Below, one piece after another: positions 8,766 through 18,448 of a stretch of DNA of 64,000 nucleotides (position 1 is its first letter; each line of letters begins with the position of its first letter). The notes under the pieces are model-generated. The model did no database searches. It saw only the letters and a list, made by a program, of their open reading frames with translations, and was not told the DNA's origin. This stretch comes from an uncultured Actinomycetota bacterium (GTDB taxonomy: Bacteria; Actinomycetota; Actinomycetes; JAHEKZ01). Both the position numbers and the translations under genes were made by a program. The stretch covers positions 192,001 to 256,000 of the forward strand of contig CAVQYR010000002.1 in assembly GCA_963718235.1 (NCBI GenBank). Direction: 5' to 3'.

Positions 8766-11700
8766 TCAGTTGCGCACCAGTCGGAGGACCTGGACCGGCC
8801 CGGTGCCCTCGAGCCCGTTCAGCACGACGAACTCGGCCGTCCCGTCCTCGTTGGCGTCCATCGCCGTCACGGCATCGCCGACACCCGCGGTGGCGGGTGC
8901 ACTCATCGGCGTGAAACTCAGCTGGCGGTTGAGGAACAGGAGGTCATCGGGGTTGGTCATGAGTGAGGCGTTGGCCAGTACGGCGTAGACGTCCAGGTCT
9001 CCATCTCCATCCGCGTCTCCCACGTCGACGGCCCGACCACCGCCGGACGCCAGAGAGCCGATCGTGACGGCCGGGCCAAACACCCCACCGTCGTTCAACC
9101 GGTAGGACACTCGGCTCCAGACGATCGTCACCAGGTCCAGGTCCCCGTCACCGTCGAGGTCACCCATCGACGCATCCGTGGCTACCGCACCAAACCCCTG
9201 GGTGGCCGCGACGTTCTGGAAGCCTGTCCCACCTTCGTTCTCGTAGAGGTAGGTGGCTGGGTCTCCGCAGGCCAGTAGGTCGTCCCAGCCGTCGCCGTTG
9301 TAGTCCACGACCTCTGCGCAACGCACGCCGCTGTAGCCGCCAATCCCCATCGTCGTGGTGGGCACCAGGGCCTTGCCCGCCTGGTTGATGAAGAGCTTGC
9401 TCTCCTCAGTGGGCAGCTGGTTGGCCGGGTCGTTGCACGGGTCGGCCGGGTCGTCACGGGGTGGGGCGTTCCCGACGTAGAGGTCGGGGTAGGGATCACC
9501 GTTGGCGTCGAGGAACGCCACGTAGTGGCTGCGCCCGCACAGCTCCCCGACTCCCCACTGCTTGCCGACCTCGGTGAAGGTGCCTGGGGTGAGCTGAAGC
9601 CACAGCTCGTTCTCCCGGTTGTACTTGACCGGGTTGTTGGAGCCACGGCCGGAGGAGCAGTACGCATCCATACGTCCGTCACCGTTCACGTCGGCCCAGG
9701 CACAGTCGTGTCGGTCGGGAATGCTGCCGGACGCGTTCACCTTCGGCCACGCAGACGCCGCGACCCGCGAGAACGTCCCATCACCGTCGTTGCTCCACAG
9801 CTTGCCGCCCTGGTCGTGGAAGCCGATCCAGAGGTCCATGTCCCCGTCGCGGTCGTAGTCGACCGGCTCGGCCTCCCAGGACTCGTTGACCTCGAAGATG
9901 CCTGTCCGGGAGGCGTCGTCGATGAACCGCCAGGTCGGCGGGCGTGCTGGGCCCGGGGGCTAGCGCGATCGTCCACATCGTCGCCATGTTGCTGGACGCC
10001 GAGGAGGTGCCGATGAGCCCGCCGGAGGTGCCGGCCGGCACCGGGGACCCGCTGTCTGCGGACATGGACGTGATCCGACCTCCGCCGGAGCCGACGGACT
10101 GGACCCGGCGCACGACGCCTGCCGGAGCCGTCCACCCACTCGCCGTCTGGGTCTTGTCAGCCCAGTACGAGACCACCCAGGCGTCCTGACGTCGGTACCG
10201 ACACCGTGGGTGTCCGGTGTGCTGCCGTGGAGCCGGTTTCGGCGGCCGGCGGAGTGCACGAGCACCGGGGGTGATCTGGTGCCCGCATAGGCGAGGATCT
10301 GGGCATCCATCTTCGTGATCAGGCTCGCAGTGACGGGGACAGCAGCTCCCGCGTCGCTCGAGCTCGCGACGCGCCACCAGACGTCGGACTGCATCGTCGC
10401 GTCCGTCACGTGGTTCAACTTGGTCCAGCCCGTGGGCACGGTCGGCGTGACATCGGTCCGGTTCGCCGACACGAAGAGGAGAAGTGCGTCGCCAGCACGG
10501 ACCGCAGAAGGGACCGTGACCACCAGTCTCTTCGTGTTGTTCGTTGCGGATGCCCCAGCCGCGGTACGAGAGCGTCGCCGTGGAGTCCGACACCGACACT
10601 GAGCGCGAGGCCGAAGCTGCTGGCACCGTCATCGTCGGTCACCGTCACTGTGACCGGGTAGGTACCAGAGGTGACGTAGGTATGCGTTGCTGTGGCACCC
10701 GACGCAGTCCCGCCGTCACCGAACTCCCAGCGGTAGCCGACGATGGTTCCATCGCTGTCACTGGAGGCCGCAGCTGAGAAGGTGCACGCGAGCGCCGTGC
10801 ACGTGGGCACCGCCATCTGAGCCGTGGGAGGCGCATTCACCTGCGTGTCGAGCACCACACACTCCTGCCCGACACAGCCACGCAGGTCTGCCAGGCGAGC
10901 GCTCCAGGAGGCGACGTTCGGGTCGTTGGCCGTCGTCCCGTCGCGCAGCAGGTTGACCAGCTGGAGTGGGTCACTGGAGAGGTCGTAGTACTCCCGCTCG
11001 GTGAGTGCCCCGGTGGTCGCGTCGTACCACTCGGTGAACTGCTCGTTGTCCGTCCGAATCGACGCCCAAGGCGGGAGAGGGGAGTCAAGGCTGCGTCCAT
11101 ACTCCAGCAGCACATCCGACCGGGTGCTGTCGGACAGCAGCGAGATGCCGTCCAGCGGGTACTTCAGCTGGGGTGAGATGCCCGATGCCTGAAGGAGCGT
11201 GGGGAGTAGGTCGACATTGCTCACCAGTCGTGGGTCGACGCTCCCCAGGAGTGACGTGACCCGGCCACCGCATGAGGAGTGGGACCGACTCGCCGTCGGT
11301 GTAGGGGAAGCGCTTTGCGTCGAGGCGATGCTCTCCCCACTGGTAGCCGTTGTCCGAGGTGAAGATCGCGAGCGTTCGCCCGTCTTCGCCGAGTCGTTCC
11401 ATCTCGTCGGTGATCCGGCCGACCAGGTCGTCGACGGACATCAGAGTCCGCAGCTGTTGCTTCCGAGTCTGCTCGACGGCCGCCGGGTCCAACAGTCCGC
11501 GCCAACGTACGTTGGCCGGCTTGTCGGCGATGTCGGCCTCGTTGAAGCTGGCCGGGTAGTTCCACGTGGGTACGGCTGCGTTGGCATACGGCGCCGAGGG
11601 CGTGGTCGGAGAGTGCGGAGCCTGTGGAGCGACGTAGATGAGCCAGGGTTGGTCATCCTGTTGCTCGAAGTCGTTCAGGTACTCCACGACATGGTCACCG

Positions 11701-12245
11701 AGGACGTCGGTGTAGTAGCCCGGAAGAGCATGGACCGTTCCGTCATCGTTGTAGGAGATGTCAGAGTAGCCGCCGGTCGTGAACAGCCAGTGATCCCAGA
11801 ACTGAGGGCTGCGGGACAAGGGAACCGTGTTCATGTACTTGCCCGCCATGGCGGTGTTGTACCCGCCTGCATGCAGGTAGGACTGGAAGGTCGCCGACTG
11901 GTCGAGCGCCGCGATCTCGGCGTCGAGCCCATTTCCTGTCACGCCGTGGTTGTGCGGGTAGCGTCCGGTGAACAGGCTCGCGCGCGACGGTGAGCACAAC
12001 GGGGTCGACGCGAAGCTTTGGGTGAAAGTCCGGCCGTTGTCCTGGAAGTAGCTCCGGACGTGAGGCATCACCGGCAGTGTTCCTGCTCCCCTGAGGTCGT
12101 CGAGGTTGATGAGCAGGATGTTCGGCTGATCGATGCTCTCGACCGCGGCCGCGTCCGAAAAGGCCGCGCCCGCACTCCCCAGCGCGACCAGCACTCCCGC
12201 CGATGCCGCAGTCAAGGCGGACAGCCACGGGCTGTTGTGTCTCAT
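8766..12245 (-). CDS. Large secreted protein: Cys-type sulfatase + PKD + unnamed domain + FG-GAP/VCBS propeller (about 5 frameshifts)
   Basis: PNILLINLDD, TPLCSPSRASLFTG (CxPxR), FTSDNG...GEH; PKD motif SSDSDGTIVGYRWEFGDG; repeated D.NGDG..D and DLDGDGDLD; pieces join by 1-nt shifts (e.g. DLA|FIDDASRTG near 9928). Confidence 0.75.
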
Positions 12246-12397
12246 GACGCACCTCTGATGCACTCGCCCAACGGGGGCAAGAACGCGTCACCGCCCCCCT
12301 TGTCCGGAGATCCGCCTCACCCCACCGGATGAATCCAGTCAATGCGGTGCGCACGTCGACCGCTAGGGTCTATGGACTCTCGGCTCATGGCGCCCGG

Positions 12398-12530
12398 CGC
12401 GATCAGTACCACGTGCGGCTCGCGCATGGGTTCCTTGCCGTCTCCTGCTTCAACCCCACCGCCAACTCCCAGGACGGCGGCTGGACCTGAGCGGGCAACG
12501 GCTCACGGCGTTCAGCCAGAAGCTCACGGA
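12398..12530 (+). pseudogene. Relic C-terminus of a paralog of the GH26-like gene, in inverted orientation
   Basis: RDQYHVRLAHGFLAVSCFNPTANSQDGGWT/LSGQRLTAFSQKL aligns without gaps to RDQYNYGLAHDFLAISYFHSSKGSWDGSWALSGERLTAFGQNL (4984-5112, minus strand); 26/43 identities by hand count. Confidence 0.8.
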
Positions 12531-12698
12531 CTCGATGCGCATGGTCGTCGATCGAGCTCGGTCGCCTGGACCTGACGTCGACTCGCCCGAGTCAGGACCT
12601 CGGCCTCTGGCGGCCCGACCATTCTCGCGATCGACTGAAAGCAACTCAGTTCCTCGACCGTCGGACGTCGACGGCCAACAATGAGGGAGAGTGAATCC

Positions 12699-13319
12699 AT
12701 GACGATCAGAGCATTCCTGCACAGCCGTACTGGTGCCGTTCTGGCAGGCGCCACGGTGTTGGCGACTCTCGGAAGCGTCGGTTCCGCCGTTGCCGCAGGC
12801 ACGATCGGCTCGAGCGACATCCGTAACGGCGCAGTGCACTCGGTGGACATCGCCAACGGGGATGTCCAGCAGATCGACCTCGACAAGGGTTCGGTCGGCT
12901 ACGCACAGTTGACCGCGACCGTGAAACAAGCGCTCAAGAGCGGGGGACTGAAGGACCTGGAGTCCGATGGACCGTACCCCGGTGCAACCAAGTTGCAGCA
13001 GGGGGACAACTCCACGGCAACGTGGGTAGGCGACGGTGGTGCCACTCTGCAGGTTTCCTGGGTCCAGTGCGCACCTGGTAAGACCGCGATCGGCGGCGGG
13101 TTCAGCCGCGCCGACGAAGGTACTGCGGCGTTCCGCAACCTCCAGATCGTGACGTCGCGGCCTGCGCAGTACCAAGGCGGAGACGAGATCTACCAAGCCA
13201 TCAAGGGCGACCCGGACGGCTCCTTCGTTCCCAACGCCTGGGTGGTCGAGGGCTTCAACAACAGCGACAACGGGGAAGTCATCGTGCGCCCGTGGGTCGT
13301 CTGCGCAGCCATCAAGTAG
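12699..13319 (+). CDS. Secreted hypothetical protein with I.S.DI repeats and a C-terminal C.PG..A.GGG...W...VC domain
   Basis: Purine-rich RBS (GAGGGAGA), signal peptide, IGSSDIRNGAVHSVDIANG repeats, intact 206-aa ORF. Confidence 0.75.
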   Translation: MTIRAFLHSRTGAVLAGATVLATLGSVGSAVAAGTIGSSDIRNGAVHSVDIANGDVQQIDLDKGSVGYAQLTATVKQALKSGGLKDLESDGPYPGATKLQQGDNSTATWVGDGGATLQVSWVQCAPGKTAIGGGFSRADEGTAAFRNLQIVTSRPAQYQGGDEIYQAIKGDPDGSFVPNAWVVEGFNNSDNGEVIVRPWVVCAAIK

Positions 13320-13346
13320 CAGTCACGCCTCGTCCGAGCGGACGAA

Positions 13347-13383
13347 CAAGTGAGTGGGGGTCCGGTAGACCCCCACTCACTTG
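13347..13383. terminator. Perfect 16-bp hairpin downstream of 12699-13319
   Basis: CAAGTGAGTGGGGGTC-cggta-GACCCCCACTCACTTG. Confidence 0.65.
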
Positions 13384-13714
13384 GGGAAATCGGGCTCTCC
13401 AGATGAACTGACCTGACGGGGCGGCCAGTACTAACGCCCCCGGGTGAAGCAGAGCGGTGGACCCGATGCCGACGGGTTGCCAGCTCCGGCTCGTCTCGCT
13501 CTTGCTCGGCACACGAGAAGTACACAGGACAGACAAGACCAACGAGAACTCGACATGGCTCGCCGGGACACAGGGTGGAGTGGGCCAGGTGGGCTGGTCG
13601 TCGCGGCTGGGGTCGAGGGTGATCTTGCGTAGGGGTTCGCCGGTGGCGGCGTACCCCTCCGAAAGCCTCACTCATCGCGTACTGATGAGTGAGGCTTTCG
13701 GGTTGGAGGCACCC

Positions 13715-14082
13715 ATGGACACGCTGGCCGACGGCCGCAGGGTGGCCTATCTCTCCCCGACGGCAGAGCTGATCGTCCACAACCTGGTGAGCGGCGAGAG
13801 CTACTCGCCCCTGTCGGAGTTCGGCACCCGCGGGGGGTTCACCTGGACCGATGCCACCCACCTGGTCGGCCTCGTTTCGGGAGGCACCGACGCAGACGGA
13901 TGGGCGTGGGAGCCGGACACGGCGCCGAAGCTGGTCGACTACTGGACGTACGCAGACGGATTCGACCTGTGGGTACGGCTGAGGCTCTCGGCATCTCCGT
14001 GGGAACTGTCAAGTCGCACGTCCGCGACGCGCTGGTGCGCCTGCGCGGCCAGCAGCCAAGCGAGGAGCGTGAGCGGCTGTGA
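13715..14082 (+). pseudogene. Fused remnants: beta-propeller fragment followed by an ECF sigma factor region-4 fragment
   Basis: DGRRVAYLS...LIVHNLVSG fragment; in another frame TAEALGISVGTVKSHVRDALVRLR (sigma-70 region 4.2) with no region 2. Confidence 0.6.
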
Positions 14083-14156
14083 GGTGAACCTCCAGCATCA
14101 GGCCCCAGACTTGGGTTATCGCACTGCTGGCGTTCGAGGTCCTCGCGGGTCAGACG

Positions 14157-14232
14157 TGGTGCCCTCGGCGTGATTCGAACACGCGACACACGGTTTAGGA
14201 AACCGATGCTCTATCCCCTGAGCTACGAGGGC
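14157..14232 (-). tRNA. tRNA-Arg(CCT), CCA encoded
   Basis: Reverse complement GCCCTCGTAGCTCAGGGGATAGAGCATCGGTTTCCTAAACCGTGTGTCGCGTGTTCGAATCACGCCGAGGGCACCA folds as a cloverleaf with anticodon CCT. Confidence 0.96.
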
Positions 14233-14305
14233 GGGACGGGCGGTGCTCCCCGAGGGGGACCAGAGTGACCCTGCCGCGACCCTGGCGGGCGTCGGCGCGA
14301 AGAGT

Positions 14306-15936
14306 CTATCCGGGCCTGAGCCCCGGTGAGTCTCCGCGATCAGCGACTTCGGCTCGAGGTCCTTCAGGATCTGCTGGCTGGCCAGCCGCGCGGGGGCTCC
14401 CATGACGCAGCCGCCGGGATGTGTCCCGGAACCGCACTGGTAGTAGCCCTCGATCGGGGTCCGGTACTGGCTCCAGCCGGGAGCGGGCCGGAAGAAGTAC
14501 ATCTGCGGCAGCAGGAAGTCGCCCGCGTAGATGTTGCCCTCGGACAGCCCCACCACCCGCTCGATGTCGAGTGGGGTGACGACCTCGCGGTGCAGCACCA
14601 GCTCTCCGAAGCCCGGGAAGAAGGACTCGATGGTGGCCTGGACGGTGTCGCCGAGGTTGTTGCGCTCGGTGTCCCAGTCGCTGCCCTTGAGGTGGTACGG
14701 CGCGTACTGCACGAAGCACGACATCACGTGCTTTCCGGGCGGCGCCATGTCGGGGTCGAGGAAGGACTGGAAGCACGTGTCGAGGTAGGGCCGTTCGCTG
14801 TACCAGCCGAACTTCGACGCGTCGTACGCGCGCTCGAGGTACTCGATCGACGGGGCGATGCTCACGAACCCGCGGTACTGGTCGGTGCGGTCTCCGAGTG
14901 CCGGGTAGCGCGGGACGCCGTCGAGTGCGAAGTTCACCTTGGCGCTGGTGCCGTTGAACTGGAAGCGGTCGATGCTCTCGACCAGGTCGCCGGGCAGCTC
15001 CCTGGGGTCGACCAGCTTGGTGAACGTCTGGCGTGGGTCCAGGGCACTGACCACCACGTCTGCGAAGAACTCGGTTCCGTCCTGGAGGACGACCCCAGTC
15101 GCGCGACCGTCCACCGTGACCACGTGGTCGACGTGGGACTCCAGACGGATCTCGGCGCCGAACGCCTCAGCCGCTCGGCCGAGGAGCTGGGTGAAGCCGC
15201 CGTTGCCCCCCTTGTGGAAGGACCACGAGCCCAGGTGTCCGTCGTGCTCGCCCATCATCATCATCAGCGAGACGAACCCGGAGCCGGCCGACATGGGGCC
15301 AACCTTGGTGCCGGTGGTCGACGAGGCAGCCAGGTAGCCCTTGAGGATCTCGCTCTCGAAGTAGTCGTCGAGGAAGTCGGCGATGCTTCCGGTGATCAGC
15401 CGCACGGCGTCATGGACGACCCTCGGCTCTGCCGACCCCAGGTGTCCGAGCAGCCATGCGACGTCGGCGGCGTCCTCGGCGGACTTGCCGAAGATGTTCG
15501 GCGGGATGCGGTCGAACAGGGGGTACATCAGCTGCAGAACGCGAGCCACGTCGTGCTCGTAGCGGTCCATCGCGTCGGCGTCGCGTGGTGAGTGACGGGT
15601 GATCTCGCGGATGTTCTCGTCCCGGTCCGGGCCGAGCAGCAGGTAGTCGCCGTTCTCCATCGGTGCGAACGACGTCGGCATGTAGATGGGGTTGAAGCCG
15701 AACTTGACCAGCTCGAGCTCACGAATGACCTCGGGCCGGATCAGGCTCAGCGCGTACGAGAACGTCGTGAAGCTGAAGCCCGGGTAGAGCTCCTCGGTGA
15801 TGGCAGCACCGCCCACGAGGTGGCGCTGCTCGAGGATCAGGGTCTTCAGGCCGGACTTGGCCAGGTAGGCGCCGTTGACCAGGCCGTTGTGTCCGCCTCC
15901 GACGACGATGGCGTCGTAGCGGTGGGTGTCGGTCAT
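14306..15936 (-). CDS. Phytoene desaturase-like (PYROXD2-type) NAD(P)/FAD oxidoreductase; 3' end approximate (ORF as written runs to 14116)
   Basis: YDAIVVGGGHNGLV, VGGAAITEE, DP.MAPPGKHV, YRTPIEG.YQCGSGTHPGG.V.GAP. Confidence 0.9.
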
Positions 15937-17138
15937 GGCATCGATGTCTTTCGCTCGGGGTTGAAGAAGGGCATCCGGGTCACCGTGGCCGGTACCGAGG
16001 TGTAGGTGTGGTTCACGGTCTGCTCGACGTGCACGGTCGTACCGACCTCCGCGAGGTCGGGGCGGACCCGGGCGATGCCGACCTGTGTCTGCAGCATGGG
16101 TGAGTACGTGTAGCTCGTGGCGTACCCGGCACGCTCGTCCTGGTCGTCGTACAGCATCGTCTCCCAGGCGGCGGGGGGTTCGTCCCTGGGTGGGATGAGC
16201 CCCGCCTCGAAGTAGAGCCGGTCGAACGCGCGGGCGTCGACGCGAAGCCCCACGGTTTGCCAGCGGGAGGCTCCGGCCTCGCGCTCGGCGAGGATCGCCC
16301 GGCGGCCGCTGAACGGGCGAGTGACGTCGTCGATGCCCTTGAGCAGCCAGCCGAACCCGAGCTCGTCGGGGGTGAACCGGTCGTGCTCGGTGAAGGCGTA
16401 GCGGCTGGACGAGAACTCCACGCCGATCAGAGGAAGGCCGGCCTCGATCCGCAGGATGTTGAGCGCCTGGTCGCCGAACGGGCGCATGCGGTGTGGTTCT
16501 CCCGCGGCGATGACGGCATCCAGCACGGACAGTGCGTCGCCGGCGGGGATCCGAAGCTCGTAGCCGAGGTCACCGGTGAACCCGGTGCGGCTGACCGTCA
16601 CCTCGCTCCCCGCCACCTTGGCCTGCCCGTGGCCGAAGTAGCCGAGGTCGAGGACCTCGGGTGCCAGGTCGGCGAGCACGGCTCGGGAGCGGGGACCCTG
16701 AACCGCGAGCATCGCGTAGTCGGCCGAGACGTCGGCGACTGAAACCTCCAACGACCCGATCTGGTTCTGCAGGAAGGACAGGTTCGGCTCCGCGGCGGTC
16801 AGCAGGAAGTCCGTGGCCGAGTGGCGGAACACCACGCCGTCCTCGAGCACGTGTCCGGCGTCGTCGCACCAGATCGTGTACTGGGCCCGTCCCGGTCGAC
16901 AGGTCCGGATGTCGCGGGCGAACAGTCCACCGAGGAACCGCTCGGCGTCACGACCGGAGATCTCGTACTTGTACAGGGGAGACGCGTCGAAGAAGCCGAC
17001 GGCGTTGCGGACGCCGAAGTACTCGTGCTTGGCCGCGATGTCGTACTGCGTGGCGGCCAGGTAGCCGGCCCAGTGCTGCCACAGCTGGGTGGTGTTGAGC
17101 TCCGCGAGACGCGGGTGGAACGGCGTGGTCTTGACCAT
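15933..17138 (-). CDS. GcvT-family aminomethyltransferase (THF-binding)
   Basis: TTPFHPR, EY..VRN.VG.FD.SPL, LAVQGPRS, SRTGFTGDLGYE, LRIEAG, PFFNPERK. Confidence 0.92.
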   Translation of the reverse strand: MVKTTPFHPRLAELNTTQLWQHWAGYLAATQYDIAAKHEYFGVRNAVGFFDASPLYKYEISGRDAERFLGGLFARDIRTCRPGRAQYTIWCDDAGHVLEDGVVFRHSATDFLLTAAEPNLSFLQNQIGSLEVSVADVSADYAMLAVQGPRSRAVLADLAPEVLDLGYFGHGQAKVAGSEVTVSRTGFTGDLGYELRIPAGDALSVLDAVIAAGEPHRMRPFGDQALNILRIEAGLPLIGVEFSSSRYAFTEHDRFTPDELGFGWLLKGIDDVTRPFSGRRAILAEREAGASRWQTVGLRVDARAFDRLYFEAGLIPPRDEPPAAWETMLYDDQDERAGYATSYTYSPMLQTQVGIARVRPDLAEVGTTVHVEQTVNHTYTSVPATVTRMPFFNPERKTSMP

Positions 17139-17192
17139 GGACGAGCTCCCCGGTGGTGGATCCGGCCGTCGGTGGGGTCACCCTAGGCGTTG

Positions 17193-17208
17193 TTGGACAA
17201 GTGTGCAA
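17193..17208. promoter_or_regulatory. Candidate TetR operator
   Basis: Imperfect palindrome TTGGAC-AAGT-GTGCAA between divergent gcvT-like and TetR genes, just upstream of a TACGGT -10. Confidence 0.45.
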
Positions 17209-17228
17209 TGGGTCCCTACGGTGAGCCC

Positions 17229-17924
17229 GTGGCCCGGATGACGCCGGAGGAGAGACGCGAGGCGATCGTCGACGCCGCGCAGCGGGTGATGGTCCGGCGC
17301 GGAATCGCTGCCACCACCGTGCGCGACGTCGCCGCCGAGATGGGCACCTCCAGCGGGCTGATCCACCACTACGTGGTGTCGATGGACGACCTGCTGGCCG
17401 AGGCGTTCGACCGGGTCGCGTCGGGGGACCTCGACCGCACGGTGCGGGCGATCGGAGCGGACGGCGACCCGGTCGCCCGGCTGTCACTGTTCTTCGCGTC
17501 CTACCACCGAGCCGACGAGGACTGGGCGGTCCAGCTCTGGCTGGACGCCTGGGCGGAGGCTGCCCGAAGGCCCGCGCTCCAGCGGACGTCCCGTCGCCTC
17601 AACGAGGCGTGGCAGGCCCTGGTGGCCGACCTGGTGCGCGACGGCGTACGGGCCGGCATGATGACCTGTCGCGACCCGGACGCCGTCGCCTGGCGGATCA
17701 TCTCGCTGCTCGACGGTCTGGCCCTGCAGGTCGTGGCCCACGGAGACCTGGTCGCCCGTGACGACGCGCTGCGCTGGGCGGTGCAGTCGGCCGAGGCCGA
17801 GCTCGGGCTCGAGCCCGGCTCGCTGGCCGTGACCCACCCGCCTACGCTGGCCGTGACGCGTCGCGGCGCGACAGCCGGCCAGGACGACGCACCGAGCAAC
17901 CGTGAGAGGACCGACGATGACTGA
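17229..17924 (+). CDS. TetR family regulator (BetI-type C-terminal domain)
   Basis: RREAIVDAA...TTVRDVAAEMGTSSGLIHHY; LWLDAWAEA; LLDGLALQ; TACGGT-N6-GTG suggests a leaderless start. Confidence 0.9.
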   Translation: MARMTPEERREAIVDAAQRVMVRRGIAATTVRDVAAEMGTSSGLIHHYVVSMDDLLAEAFDRVASGDLDRTVRAIGADGDPVARLSLFFASYHRADEDWAVQLWLDAWAEAARRPALQRTSRRLNEAWQALVADLVRDGVRAGMMTCRDPDAVAWRIISLLDGLALQVVAHGDLVARDDALRWAVQSAEAELGLEPGSLAVTHPPTLAVTRRGATAGQDDAPSNRERTDDD

Positions 17925-18441
17925 CCCGAACCTGATCCTGTACGTGGCCGCCTACGCCGACGAGGCTGCCGCCCAGCAGGACTACGACCTCCTGAAGTCC
18001 GCGGAGGGGAGCGACCTCCAGGTGGTCGCCGCGGTTGTCGTGAGCCGCGACGCCGACGGCAAGGTCGACGTCGTCGAGCACGGCGGCGGGCAGACCGGAG
18101 GCGGGGCCGTCCTCGGTGGGGGTGTCGGACTCGTCGTCGGGCTGTTCGCCCCTCCGCTGCTGGCGGCGACCGCCGTCGGTGCCGGTATCGGTGCTGTGTG
18201 GGGGCACCTCACCAAGAAGCACGAGGAGAAGAAGCTCGGCGTCGAGCTCGAGGAGTACCTGCCCCCGAACTCGTCGGCCGTGGTGGTCGTCGTCGACGAC
18301 GTGTACCTCGACCGGATCGAGAAGGCACTGGCGAAGGCCGACAAGCGGATCTCCAAGGCCATCGACAAGGACGACTACGACCAGCTCCAGAAGGCGCTGG
18401 AGAAGTCCGAGACCGAGATCACCGACGCCATCGACTCCTGA
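17917..18441 (+). CDS. DUF1269-like membrane protein
   Basis: AVVVSRDADGKV, glycine zipper GGAVLGGGVGLVVG, LPPNSSAVVV. Confidence 0.8.
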   Translation: MTDPNLILYVAAYADEAAAQQDYDLLKSAEGSDLQVVAAVVVSRDADGKVDVVEHGGGQTGGGAVLGGGVGLVVGLFAPPLLAATAVGAGIGAVWGHLTKKHEEKKLGVELEEYLPPNSSAVVVVVDDVYLDRIEKALAKADKRISKAIDKDDYDQLQKALEKSETEITDAIDS

Positions 18442-18448
18442 CCGGTCG

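Noticed and set aside
17821-17858. CGCTGGCCGTGAC direct repeat at the TetR 3' end
   Set aside because: Only two copies; not CRISPR-like; probably a local duplication
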